Assembly (NCBI GenBank): GCA_963745035.1
Contig: CAVUVW010000013.1
Location: forward strand, 352,001 to 416,000
Reading direction: 5' to 3'
From: an uncultured delta proteobacterium
GTDB lineage: Bacteria > Desulfobacterota > Binatia > UBA9968
DNA: 64,000 bases
Every line of letters begins with the position of its first letter. Position 1 is the first letter of the stretch. The notes beneath the pieces were generated by a model that worked only from the letters and a program-made list of their open reading frames with translations, was not told where the DNA came from and made no database searches. Shown here one piece after another: positions 32,367 through 43,690 of the stretch. The position numbers were made by a program, and so were the translations under genes.

Positions 32367-33506
32367 GTGAGAGTGATTGATGCCGATGGGCATGTCGAAG
32401 AAAACCCGGTCACGTTCAGCGACAAGTATTTCGATCCCGCCTTTCGATCCATGCGCCCGCAGGTGGTTCCCGGCAGCGAGGACGGGCTGGCGTACTGGAT
32501 GATCGACGAGCAGCTGTTTCCGCGGCGCGTCGGGCCGCGGCTGCAACAATCTCGGGACGCCGACGAGTTATCAGGGGAAACCGGTGCGCCACGCCCAGCG
32601 CAAGGTCGACACCCTGGGCAGCATGGAGCTCACGAACTTGAGCGAGCGGCTGCAAAATCATGGATGAAGAAGGCATCTGGCTGCAGGTTCTCTACCCGAC
32701 GCTTTTTCTCGCCTATCCGTTGAGCTGCAATCCCGCCTACGTCACCGCCATGTGCGACGCCTACAATCGCTGGCTGGGCGATATTCTCGCGCGGCCACGA
32801 GCGTCTCAAGTGGGTCGGCGTCGTCAATCTCGACGATAGCGCCGCCGCCGTGCGGCAAGTAAAGGAAGCGAAAAAACTCGGCGCTGTAGGGATGATGATT
32901 CTAGGCACCGCCGGCGATCGCTTGCTCGACGACCCGGGCCTGCTGCCGTTTTACGAAGCGGTCGCCGAAGCGGAGCTGCCCCTCGCCGTCCATGTCGGCT
33001 GGGCCTGCCCGTCGATGAACAATCTCTACACTCATATTTATCCCTCCGGCGTGATCGCTTTTTCCATGCCGGTGCTGATGGGGCTGGTGTCCATGATGAG
33101 CGGCGGTATCCTCGATCGCTTTCCGACCTTGAAGGTGGTCTATCTCGAAGCCGGCTGTCTGTGGGTTCATTTCATACTGGAGCGGCTGCACCATCGCTTC
33201 GAACATTCCGGCAAGAACTTGGCGAACGTGGTTTCCCGCACCGCGCCGATTCAGAAGCTTCAGCCGATGGAATACGTCAAGACGGGCAATCTTTATTTCA
33301 GCGCCGAGATCGAAGACGCGCTTTTGCCTCAGGTTTTGGAATTGGTGGGCGAGGGCCAGATTTTGTTCGGCTCGGATATGCCGCACGGCGACCGCGAGCG
33401 TTTCGCCGAGCGGCTGCTACGCGAGCGCCGGGACATCAGCGAGGCCGCCAAAAGCAAAATCCTGGAGTCCAATCCGGCGCGATTCTATGGACTCTCGGGG
33501 TGCTAG
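32367..33506 (+). CDS. amidohydrolase_2 family protein (about three frameshifts)
   Basis: IDADGHVEE; DRFPTLKVVYLEAG; GSDMPH; N..RFYG. Confidence 0.87.
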
Positions 33507-33525
33507 CCGCCGGCAAAATTTTCAC

Positions 33526-34083
33526 TCAGCGGATCTCGAACAACAGCACCGTGTGATCGTGCACGAAGTCGCCTTTGACGGTTTCGACTTTGTCGGGCAC
33601 CCAGCCTTCGATGGGGTAGTCGTGGGAAACCACTCTGCTGCCGCGGCGCAGCTGGCGGTCGAGGATCGGCCGGAGCTTCGCGTTAAAGTCCGGCAGCATG
33701 TAGAGAGTCACCACCGTCGCCGGCGATATATCGACGGTGAATGCATCCTGAGCGCGAAACTCCACGAGGTGTTCGACCTTTTCGCGAAACGCCAAGTCGC
33801 GCGCTTTGGCGACCAATGCCCGATCGATTTCTATGCCGACGCCTTTGACGCCGTATTTTTTTGCCGCCCGGATGATGATCGCGCCGTCGCCGCTGCCGAT
33901 ATCGTAGATCACGTCGCCGCTTTTCACCCGCGCCATCTCAAGCATCCGGTCGATCACCTCGGGCGTCGATCGCACGAACGGCACTTCGCCGTCGGTCCAA
34001 ACCGCAACCGAAGAGCCACAGGCGCAGAGAAGTATGAGCGCTAGAAGCCATAATAATCCGTTGCCAAAGGTTTGCCGAGTCAT
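33526..34083 (-). CDS. class I SAM-dependent methyltransferase with a signal/lipoprotein-like N-terminus
   Basis: VPFV.S; YDIGSGDG; GIEID; ATVVTLY; VSHDY. Confidence 0.9.
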   Translation of the reverse strand: MTRQTFGNGLLWLLALILLCACGSSVAVWTDGEVPFVRSTPEVIDRMLEMARVKSGDVIYDIGSGDGAIIIRAAKKYGVKGVGIEIDRALVAKARDLAFREKVEHLVEFRAQDAFTVDISPATVVTLYMLPDFNAKLRPILDRQLRRGSRVVSHDYPIEGWVPDKVETVKGDFVHDHTVLLFEIR

Positions 34084-34201
34084 GGGCTGTTTATAGGGAA
34101 GCGCGCGGTGCCCGTCAACGCAATGCGCCGCGCTGCTTGACATCGCCGCCGGGTTGCGCTGAAACAGGCAAAGTTACCAGTCAACGAAAAGGAGAACTAA
34201 A

Positions 34202-34921
34202 ATGGCGACTTGGGACGATACGCTAACGCCGCGCGACAAAGAAGTTTTTGCCCTTTCCGGCTACGGCAAGCGCGCAGGCTTCGGCCAGCGCCCGGCGATC
34301 CTCGTAATCGATGTCAACTACAATTTCGTCGGCGACAAGCCGGAGCCGATTCTCGATTCGGTCAAGCGCTTTCGCAATAGCTGCGGCGCCGAGGGTTGGG
34401 ACGGCGTCCAACACATCCGCGAGCTGCTCGCCGAGGCGCGCAGGAAGCACCTACCGACTTTTTATACCACCGGCCACGATGATCGAACCAACAGCGTAGC
34501 CTTTGGGCGCTGGCAGGCGAAGAACAGCCGCTCGACGGAAGACATGACCGAGACTTGGGACAAGGGCAACGAGATCGTCGCCGAAATCGCGCCGCAAGCC
34601 GGCGATATCGTCGTGCGCAAGCAGAAGCCGAGCGCGTTTTTCGGCACGCCGCTGATGAGCATGCTGAACGAAGTCCACGCCGATAGCGTGCTGGTCACCG
34701 GCACGACCACCAGCGGCTGCGTGCGCGCCAGCGTGATCGATGCTTTTTCTTACAACATGAAAGTTTCTGTGGTGGAGGAGTGCGTTTTCGACCGCGGCCA
34801 GGCATCGCATAAGATCAATTTGTTCGACATGGCGATGAAGTACGCCGACGTGATTTCGCTGAACGAAACCATCGAATATATCCGCGGCTTGCCGGATAAT
34901 CTCTACGCGCCCGCGCTGTAA
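34202..34921 (+). CDS. isochorismatase family hydrolase (maleamate amidohydrolase/N-carbamoylsarcosine amidase-like)
   Basis: GFGQRPAILVID; KQKPSAFFGT; GTTTSGCVRAS; LFDMAMKYADV. Confidence 0.92.
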   Translation: MATWDDTLTPRDKEVFALSGYGKRAGFGQRPAILVIDVNYNFVGDKPEPILDSVKRFRNSCGAEGWDGVQHIRELLAEARRKHLPTFYTTGHDDRTNSVAFGRWQAKNSRSTEDMTETWDKGNEIVAEIAPQAGDIVVRKQKPSAFFGTPLMSMLNEVHADSVLVTGTTTSGCVRASVIDAFSYNMKVSVVEECVFDRGQASHKINLFDMAMKYADVISLNETIEYIRGLPDNLYAPAL

Positions 34922-34963
34922 GCAATCCTGACGTCAAAGCCGGGGACGGCATCATGCACCGCC

Positions 34964-35716
34964 TCAAGATTCCTGGGTGAGCGCGCGCAGCAGCAGGGTC
35001 ACGCCGATCAGGGCGAGGAGAATGAGCAGGCCGCGGTTGAAGGTTCGCTGATTAACCCGATCCTGCGCCTTCAAGCCGGCATAGAAGCCCGCCAGGGTGA
35101 ACAGCAAGACCTGCACCGACAACGTGATGGTCTCGCGATTGAATAAATTCCAAGTCGAGATCGCCACCAGTTGGCTCACTTTGGTGGTGACAAAAATCGT
35201 CGCGATCGATTTTACGAAGGTGCGCTTGTCCAGTTTTAGACTATAGAGATAGATCGCCAAAGTCGGGCCGGCGGCGTTGGTGAGCCCGTTCAGAAAACCG
35301 CTGAGAAAACCAAAGCTCGGCGAAAGAAATTTTTCGCGGCGCGGCGAGATCGTGAACTCGAATCGAAGCAGGTTCGAGACAACGAATACGAGCACCATGA
35401 CCGCGAGGCAAAGATTCAAAATCCACAACGGAGTATTGACCAGGGCCATGGTGCCGAGAAACACGCCGATGATCGTCGGCAGGATCAGGCTCGAGAACCG
35501 GCGAAAGACGTCGTAGGGAATACCGTCGCGGATGACCTGCGCCGAATCCATGAAGAGATTCGGCAGGATCAATACCGTAACCGCGGTGCGAATGTCCAAA
35601 AGCAGCGCCACCATCGGCGTGGCGATCAAGGGAAATCCGAGACCGGTCGCGCCTTTGACAAACGCCGCGAGCAGGAGCGCGGCGCCGACAAGAACGTGAG
35701 TGAAATCGAAAGACAT
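34964..35716 (-). CDS. TauE/SafE (TSUP) family exporter
   Basis: AAFVKGATGLGF; eight hydrophobic segments; internal repeat GFL.G...GP. Confidence 0.88.
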   Translation of the reverse strand: MSFDFTHVLVGAALLLAAFVKGATGLGFPLIATPMVALLLDIRTAVTVLILPNLFMDSAQVIRDGIPYDVFRRFSSLILPTIIGVFLGTMALVNTPLWILNLCLAVMVLVFVVSNLLRFEFTISPRREKFLSPSFGFLSGFLNGLTNAAGPTLAIYLYSLKLDKRTFVKSIATIFVTTKVSQLVAISTWNLFNRETITLSVQVLLFTLAGFYAGLKAQDRVNQRTFNRGLLILLALIGVTLLLRALTQES

Positions 35717-35927
35717 GACGGCGGATGAATCTTGGCTTTGAAAAGTGCTCAGTCAACAACTAGATCGACGCCTTCCGAGGCGCGCTCCGGATTCGACTTT
35801 CTCCGGACGCCACGATTAGAGCCTTGGCCACTCGCAGCGCCGTCTCGCCCGAATGATTCGGGAGAAAGCCGTTCTTGGAGGGAGAGATTTGCCGATCGTC
35901 TTCGTCGAGTTGCGGGTTGTTCCCGTG

Positions 35928-37528
35928 CTAAGTTTTCTTCCGTTGGCCGGTTTGCTTGGTCCCGGTTGCGAAGTACTCTCCGCTCACGGCCAGTGCCGCT
36001 TCTTCTTCGTCCTGCTGCGTCCACGCACCCAGGCTGTAGCCATACCACGGCATTCTTGGCTTGAGCGGCGGGAGCTCGAGTTCTTCCCAAATCTGTTTCG
36101 AGCGCTCCATAAATTCGCTCTTGGGCAGCGACACCGGCGTGTACGGCCACGGCCGCACGGCGTTGATGAGCAGCGCAGATGTCCAAGTCGGTCGCTTTTC
36201 CTCACTTTCCATTCCCGGCGGATAGGTTGACGGATCGAGCCCGGGAGATTTTCCCTTAACGATCGCGACATCTTCGTCGGGCCGCATGTTATAGCAAATC
36301 GCCCAATTGATCATCGCCGGATCGTGAATATCGACGTCTTCATCCACCGCGACGCAAACTTTCGCATAGCTGCCGGTGAACCCCGCGGACGAGTTCAAGG
36401 CGCGCCAGGCATCGGCCTTGCTCCCACTCCGCATTTTGATCACGCAATACGCCTGTCCACTGCCGCTCACTTCATCGTGTATAGCCACGTCGAGCACCGC
36501 TGCGTTGCCGCTGTCGTGGCGCAAAAACTTGTAGATGATTTTTTCCGTCCCCGTGTGTTTGATCTTGCTCGATTCGCTCGGCGGAAACTGGCTCATGAGC
36601 GCCGTGTAGATGGCGTCGCGCCGGTGCGTGATGCAGCTCACTTCGAGAAACGGCGACATGGTGCGATGGCCCATGTAGCCCGGATATTCGCCGAAAGGGC
36701 CCTCGGGCTCGACCACGTCGGTGGGAATGGTGCCTTCGATGATGATCTCGGCAGTCGCCGGCACGAGCAAATCGACGGTCTTGGCCTGCACCACCTCCAC
36801 CGGCGCGCCGGCCAAGCCGCCGGCCAGACGATATTCGTCGAAGTCGTAGGGAATTTTCGCGGTCGCCGCGTAGGCGATGCTCGGCACCACGCCGATCGCG
36901 ATGCACGCCTCGAGGCGCTTGCCTTGGGCTTTGCACTTGCGCCAGTGCTGGCCCATGTGCTGGGAAGTGAACAGGCCGCCGGTGCGAATCGACGATTTGA
37001 TCTGGCTGCGGTAGTTGCCGATATTGTAAATCCCGGTTTCGATGTCCTTGGTAATCCAATTGGCCGATGTGAGATACGGCGCGTTATCGAATCCCGGCGT
37101 CGAGATCGGCACCGGGATCATGTCGAGGCCGTGCCCGCTTAAAAGATCCGTTCCCTGCCATACCACCTCCTGCGCCGGCGCGCTTTCCACTCGAGCCGGC
37201 GCGATGGGATTCATCTGCGCCCGCGTCCAGCGCTCGTGGATTTGCTCCGGCTCGCACATCATGCCGATGGCGTAGATCTCCGTGGTCGCCGCCAGGGTGC
37301 CGACGGTGACCGGCATCGCGTAGCGGCGTCCTTTGGAATCGACGACGTTCTCGAACAGGAACGCCTTGCGCTCGCGCTCGTCCAGGCCGCGAAATTGCCA
37401 GCGCACCAAAGGCATCAGCTCCGTGTCTTTGTTGATCTCCCGCTGGATTCGCAGCAATTTGCCGCGCTCATCTAAGCGCCTTCAGATGAGCCCGAAAATC
37501 TCCGATAGTATTCGCTTGTGCCCGCCAT
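35928..37528 (-). CDS. UbiD family decarboxylase (two insertions in the first 20 codons)
   Basis: FLFENV; NIGNYR; VPATAEIIIEG; EGPFGEYPGY; VDEDVD; N-terminus YYRDFRAHLKALDERGKL recovered across frameshifts. Confidence 0.92.
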
Positions 37529-37785
37529 GCAGTGCTCCCGACTTGTTTTTAACCTTTCGTCATCTATCGTCTGCGGCGGGGAGCTTGTCAAGCAGCGGGG
37601 CAGGCGGCGCATCGTAACCAGTTGGGCTGCGACTTTGAAGAGCGTCCTACCGGCGCCCAGAATGTTTCGAGTATTTTCGTCTTTGCCGCCCCCGAATCGT
37701 CCTTGTGTCGCGCGCCGGTGGTTTGCTACACTCGGGCCTCTTTTTTCCGCTGTTCTTTATTTACCAGAACCGAATCGACGCAACC

Positions 37786-40330
37786 GTGAACGACGTGTCA
37801 AAAAACCCTGCCAACGCAGATCAGCGGTCCACGCCCGTCTCGGCTCAATCCCGCCGGCTGCGGTGGTTGACCGTTCCTTTGCTTCTCGTGATCATCTTCA
37901 CGGCCGACTTGTGGCTGCCGGCGGGCATGGCGCTGCCCTTTTGCTACATTGCCGGGCTCGTGCTGGTCGTTGCCCTGCCGAATCACAGGGAAAAAATCGT
38001 GGCGGCGAGCACGTCCACGTTCCTCATGATCATTGCCTACTTTATCTCCTCGACCGTTCCCGATGCGCCGGGCTGGATTTACCTCGTCAATCTTGGTCTT
38101 GCGTTGCTGATGATTTGGATCGTGGCGATCTTGAGTTTGCGCCACCGCCACGCTCAGGAGGTGATGCGCGAAAACGAGCGCGTAGCCACCGAGCGCCTGG
38201 CCCATTTGCAAACCATCTACGCCTCCGCCCCGGTGGGTCTCTGCTTCGTCGACCGCGATCTGCGCTATGTCTCGATCAACAACGCCATGGCGGAAATCAA
38301 CGGTCGCTCGCCGGAGTTTTTTATCGGCAAGACCATCCGCGAAGCGGCGCCCGAGCTTGCCGACAACCTGGAGAGCCATTATCGGCGCGTCATCGATACG
38401 CGGTCAGCCGGTGGTCGATGAGGAAGTCCCAACCGCCGCCCAAGGACACGGCCAGGAACGCCGCATTTGTCTGTGCAGCTACTACCCGGTGCATACCGAG
38501 AGCGGCCAACTCCTTGGCGTCAACGTCGCGGTTCGCGATATCACCCGGCGCAAGCAAGCGGAAGCGGATACGCTTTTTCTCCTGGATCTCGGTGAAGGCA
38601 TTCGCTTTGCGGCCGACGCCGACGAGCTGCTTTGGGCCGTTGCCGTGGCTCTCGGCGAGCATCTCAAGGCGAGCCGCTGCGGCTTTCTCGAAATCGACAC
38701 CGAACATGACCGTCTGGTCATCCAGCGCGATTACCATCCCCACCTGCGCTCGGCGGTAGGCGGTCACCCGCTGAGCGTCCTGGATCCGGCCATCATCAGC
38801 GCGGCGCGCGCGGGGCAGATCATCGCCATCGCCGACGCGCACAGCGACGAACGAACGGCGGCGCTTTACGCATCCCATCGGAACGCCGGCGTCAACGCCT
38901 TGGTGTTCACGCCGCTGCTGCGCGACGGCGCGTTGGTTTCCGCCCTCGTCGTCGCCAGCGCCGAATCCCATGAATGGACCGAACGGGAAATTACCCTGGT
39001 CAATATCGTGGCCGAGCGCACTTGGCTGGCGGTCGAGAGGCTGCGCTTGGACAACGTCTTGCGCGAAAGCGACGCCGCCCTGCGCGACGCCGACCAGCGT
39101 AAAGACGAGTTTCTCGCGACCCTGGCCCATGAGTTGCGCAACCCCTTGTCTTTGATCCGCAATGTCAACACGCTGCAAACGACCCCGAGCACTCCCAGCG
39201 AAGATCCAAGCTGGGGGCACGATATCATCGAGCGGCAAGTGAATTACCTGACCCGCTTGACCGATGATCTGTTCGACGTAAGCCGCATCACCCGCGAAAA
39301 GCTGGTCCTGCACAAGGAGTCGCTGAACTTGGCGGAGATTATTCGTGCCGCGGTGGAGTCGAGCCGGCCGCTGATCGAGCAGCGGCAGCACGAGCTCACG
39401 GTAACCATGTCGCAGAACTCGATTTACGTCGACGCCGACCGGGTGAGACTCACCCAGGTGTTCATGAATCTTTTGAACAACGCCGCTAAATATACGCCGG
39501 ACCCGGGACATATTTGGCTGAATGTCGAGCAGGCCGGCGACACCGTCGTCGTGCGGGTCAAAGATACCGGGGTGGGGATCGCCGCGGAGAATCTGCCGCA
39601 CCTCTTCGAGCTCTTCTATCAGGTCGACCGCTCCTTCACGCGTTCCGAGGGCGGTCTCGGACTCGGTCTCACGCTGGTGCATCGGCTGGTCGAAATGCAC
39701 GCCGGTAAAGTCGAGGTGCGCAGCGACGGCATCAATCGCGGCAGCGAATTTATCGTGCATCTGCCGGTGCTGCCGGTGCAGCCGATTCACGAGCCGGTAG
39801 AAACCAGGGAGGAGACGTACAACCACGCGGCGCGCCGCTGCCGCCGCATCCTGGTGGCCGACGATTTTCCCCAATCCGCCGCGATTCTCGCCCGCTTGTT
39901 GCGCCAGGACGGCAACGAGGTACACGTCGCTCAAGATGGCATCGAAGCCGTCGAAGCGGCCGCGGAATTTCGCCCCGATGTGGCGGTGCTGGATATCGCC
40001 ATGCCGAAGCTCGACGGTTTCGATGTCGCGCGCGTAATCCGCGAGCAGCCGTGGGGAAAGCGCATGTTTCTCATCGCGCTCTCCGGTTGGGGTCAACAGC
40101 TCGATCGCCAGCGCACCAAAGACGCCGGCTTCGACGCCCACCTCACCAAACCCGCCAAATATGAAACTTTAATGGAAATCTTAAATCGCCTGCCGTTGGA
40201 ACAAGCGACCGTCGATCAGCCATCGCGAGCTCTGATCGCGGTCGAGCTCACTAACCGCCAAGACGCCCGCACCAGCGCAAAGTTTGAACTTTCTCGTTGG
40301 CGAGCAGTCGCGCCGCGCGGCGCCGCCTAA
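37786..40330 (+). CDS. hybrid sensor kinase TM-PAS-GAF-HisKA-HATPase-REC (frameshift at about 38400)
   Basis: TM N-terminus; PAS APVGLCFVD..IN; FLATLAHELRNPL; NLLNNAAKY; GGLGLGL; REC VADD..LDIAMP..KP. Confidence 0.92.
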
Positions 40331-40482
40331 AATCGTTGTCTCTACGACGGAACATTTGACCCGGCGGCGACTGCGCATTTTCGCGTCTGAGTCGCCAAGC
40401 AACCCGCGCGGAAAATCGCCTTGTGCGCCGCTACATTTTGGAGTAGGTAAGGTCGGAATCAGCGGCCAAAGGGAGACTTTTT

Positions 40483-41368
40483 ACGGCGACGATCGGTTTT
40501 GTCGGGCTCGGCGTCATGGGCAGTCGGATGGCTCGGCGATTACTGGACGCGGGCCATGTCGTTATCGGTTACAACCGCACCAAAGCAAAGGCGCAGTCGT
40601 TGCTGGACGCCGGCATGCAGTGGGGCGAGACGCCGCGCGACGTCGCCGCGGCGGCCGAGATCACGCTTTCGATGGTCACGAACACCGAGGCGCTCGACTC
40701 GGTCACCAGCGGCCCTGACGGCATTCTCGCCGGTCTTTCCCAAGGAAAAATCTACGTTGACATGAGCACGGTCAGTCCGGCGGCGAGCCGTGCGCTGGCG
40801 GAGCAGGTCAAAGCCAAAGGCGCCGCCATGCTCGACGCGCCGGTGTCGGGCAGCGTGATTACTTTGGAAGAAGGCAAGCTGTCGATCATGGCGGCGGGCG
40901 ATCGCACAGCCTTCGAGAAAGCCCTGCCGATTCTCCAGGCGATCGGTCCCAAAGTCACTCACGTCGGCGCCAACGGTCTGGCCGTTTCGATGAAGATCGC
41001 GACCAATCTGAGTCTCGCCGTGCAGATGCTCGCCTTCAGCGAAGGCGTGCTGCTCGCGGAAAAGAGCGGGATCGCCCGCGAAATTGCCGTCGAGGTTTTG
41101 CTCAACAGCGTGATCGCCTCGCCGATGGTCAAGTATCGCGGTCCGTTCGTTTTGAATATGCCCGACGAAGCCTGGTTCGACGTCAACATGATGCAAAAAG
41201 ATTTGCTCCTGGCGTTGGAGCTCGGCCGCCAGCCTCGACGTGCCGCTGCCGACCACGGCGATCACCAATCAAATGCTTACGACCGCCCGTGGCATGGGGC
41301 TGGCGGAAAAAGATTTCGCCGTAGTATTTGAAACGTTGGCGCGAATGGCGGGAATAAAAAATGGGTAA
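40483..41368 (+). CDS. NAD(P)-dependent beta-hydroxyacid dehydrogenase family (apparent ACG start; frameshift at about 41232)
   Basis: IGFVGLGVMG; DMSTVSP; LDAPVSG; K..N; KDL.LA. Confidence 0.9.
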
Positions 41369-41369
41369 A

Positions 41370-41443
41370 TGGAGCACCGGAGTGGAGGAGTGGCGGGTTC
41401 CGAATACCCAGTACTCCATTACTCCAACACTCCATCACTCCAA
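41370..41443. repeat. palindromic 8-mer repeat (TGGAG../..ACTCCA)
   Basis: TGGAGCACCGGAGTGGAGGAGTGG ... TACTCCATTACTCCAACACTCCATCACTCCAA. Confidence 0.75.
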
Positions 41444-41464
41444 TTGAAAACTGGTTCGAATCAA

Positions 41465-42474
41465 ATGGCCAAACGCAAGTTAACCAGGCCGCGTACCGGC
41501 AAAGCCGAGCCAGCTTCACGACGAGCGCTGGATTCATTTCTACCGCCAGATGCTCAAGATCCGGTTGTTCGAAGAAGAGGTCAACCAACTCTATCTCGGC
41601 GCCAAGATGCCGGGCCTGGCGCATCTCTATATCGGGGAAGAAGCCGTTGCGGTCGGCGTCTGCGAGGCGCTGCGGCGCGACGACTACATCACCAGCACCC
41701 ACCGCGGCCACGGCCATTGCATCGCCAAAGGCGCGGCGCTGGACCGGATGTTTGCCGAGCTGCTCGGCAAGGAAGCCGGCTACTGCCGCGGCAAGGGCGG
41801 CTCCATGCATATCGCCGACCAGGACACCGGCAATTTGGGCGCCAATGCGATCGTCGGCGGCAGCGCGGGCATGGCCACCGGCGCGGCGCATGTCGGCCAA
41901 GATGCGCGGCAGCGATCAGGTGGCCGTCTGTTTTTTCGGCGACGGCGCCCTCGGGCAGGGACTTCTTTACGAATCGATGAACATGGCGTCCCTATGGAAG
42001 CTGCCTGTGATCTACGTCTGCGAGAATAATCAATACAACGAATACACCCACTACAGCGAGACCACCGCCGGCGAAGTGCTGGCGCGGGCGCAGGCTTTCG
42101 GCATTCACGGCGACAGCCTCGACGGCCAAGACGTCCGCGCAGTTCACGCCGCGGCCTTGCGCGGGATCGAGCGTGCCCGCCGCGGCGGCGGTCCGGCCTT
42201 CTTGCTTTGCAACACCTACCGCTTTCACGGCCACCACGTCGGCGACATCGATCGCGCCTACTATCGATCCAAGAAGGAAGAAGAAGAATGGAAGAGCCGG
42301 CGCGATCCGCTAAAGCTGCTGGCGGATTGGCTGGAGAAAAACCGGTTGGCCGCTGCCAAGTTGCTCGCGCAGATCGAAAGCGAAACCGGCAAGGAAATCA
42401 AGGAGGCGGTAAATTTCGCGCTCAACGCGCCCTATCCGCCGGCCGATGAAGTCGATCAGCATGTCTACGCCTGA
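41465..42474 (+). CDS. TPP-dependent dehydrogenase E1 alpha (AcoA/PdhA-like; frameshifts at about 41510 and 41890)
   Basis: HLYIGEEA; STHRGHGH; GKGGSMH; FFGDGA..ENNQY; TYRFHGHH. Confidence 0.93.
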
Positions 42475-42477
42475 GAC

Positions 42478-42542
42478 ATTTTGGATTTTCGATTTTCGAT
42501 TTTGGATTGGAATTCAAAATCGGGAATGTAAATCTGAAAATT
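42478..42542. repeat. palindromic heptamer repeat (GATTTTC/G ... AAAAT)
   Basis: ATTTTGGATTTTCGATTTTCGATTTTGGATT ... CAAAATCG..AATCTGAAAATT. Confidence 0.75.
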
Positions 42543-42603
42543 GGCGACCTCTCCCCGAATAACGTGAACACACGAATTCAGCATTCACCATCCAGCCGGA
42601 CGA

Positions 42604-43589
42604 AGCACGCGCGAAATCACCTTCGGCCAAGCGATCAACGAAGCGCTCGCCGAAGAAATGCGCCGCGATCCGACTGTGTTTATCATCGGTGAGGACGTCG
42701 CCGAGGCGGGAACGCCGTTCAAAGTGCTTGTCCGGATTGGTCAAGGAATTCGGCCCCAAGCGCGTCATCGATTCGCCGATCTCCGAGGCCGGCATCGCCG
42801 GTATCGGCGTCGGCGCCGCCATGACCGGCATGCGGCCGGTCGTCGATATCATGTTCGGTGATTTTCTCACCTTGACGATGGATCAGCTGGTCAATCAAGC
42901 GGCGAAGATCCACTACATGTCGGGCGGCAAGCTCAAAGTGCCGCTGGTTTTGCGTACCACTCTCGGCGCGACGCGCCGTTCGGCCGCGCAGCACAGCCAG
43001 AGTCTGCACGCCTGGGTGAGCCACATTCCCGGCTTGAAAGTCGCGGTTCCCGCCACGCCCTACGACGCCAAGGGTCTGCTCAAAAGCGCTATCCGCGACG
43101 ACAATCCCGTGGTCTTCTTCGAAGACAAGATGATGTACCAGTTGAAAGGGCCGGTGCCGCAGGAGGAATACACGATTCCGCTCGGCGTCGCCGACGTGAA
43201 GCGGGCGGGCAAAGACATCACGCTGGTGGCCACGAGCAGCATGGTGCAAGTCGCGCTGGCGGCGGCGGAATCGCTCGCAGCGAGCGGCATCAGCGCGGAA
43301 GTCGTCGATGTCAGGACAACCGCGCCGCTCGACAAACAGACATTGATCGAATCGGTCAAGAAAACCAGCCGCGCGATCGTCATCGACGAGGGTTACGAAG
43401 GCTACGGCGTCACCGCGGAAATTGCGTCGACGATCGCCGACGGCGCGTTTTATTATCTCGATGCGCCGGTCAAGCGCATGGGCGCGATGGACGTGCCGGT
43501 GCCGTTCTCGCCGGTGCTCGAAGATCAAACCGTGCCGACGCCGGAAAAGGTCGCGGAAATGGCGCGGACAGTTATGCAACAAGAAATAG
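42604..43589 (+). CDS. TPP-dependent dehydrogenase E1 beta (AcoB/PdhB-like; start uncertain; frameshifts at about 42735 and 43568)
   Basis: [13 protein letters not shown]; GEDV; DSPISE; AAQHSQ; PGLKV; DVPVPFS..LE. Confidence 0.92.
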
Positions 43590-43598
43590 ACGAAGTAC

Positions 43599-43677
43599 GT
43601 TCCAAAAGTTTCAATGGTTCCAATCGTTCTAAGGGAGTTTTCCGATGGAACGTTTGGAACGACTGGAACCTTGGAAC
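43599..43677. repeat. palindromic 9-mer repeat (GTTCCAA../..TGGAAC)
   Basis: GTTCCAAAAGTTTCAATGGTTCCAATCGTTC ... TGGAACGTTTGGAACGACTGGAACCTTGGAAC. Confidence 0.75.
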
Positions 43678-43690
43678 AAGGAGGTAGGCT

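Noticed and set aside
38390-40141. 583-aa minus-strand ORF, and similar long antisense ORFs at 2824-3723, 11061-12011, 25379-26452, 31123-32187, 42719-43840 and 51942-52922
   Set aside because: These are antisense shadows of well-supported genes in high-GC DNA and carry no family motifs.
41452-41465. GGTTCGAATC resembling a tRNA T-loop
   Set aside because: No cloverleaf or acceptor stem around it.
41370-43677. Short repeat arrays as CRISPR
   Set aside because: Units are 7-9 nt with inverted arms, with no unique spacers and no cas genes.
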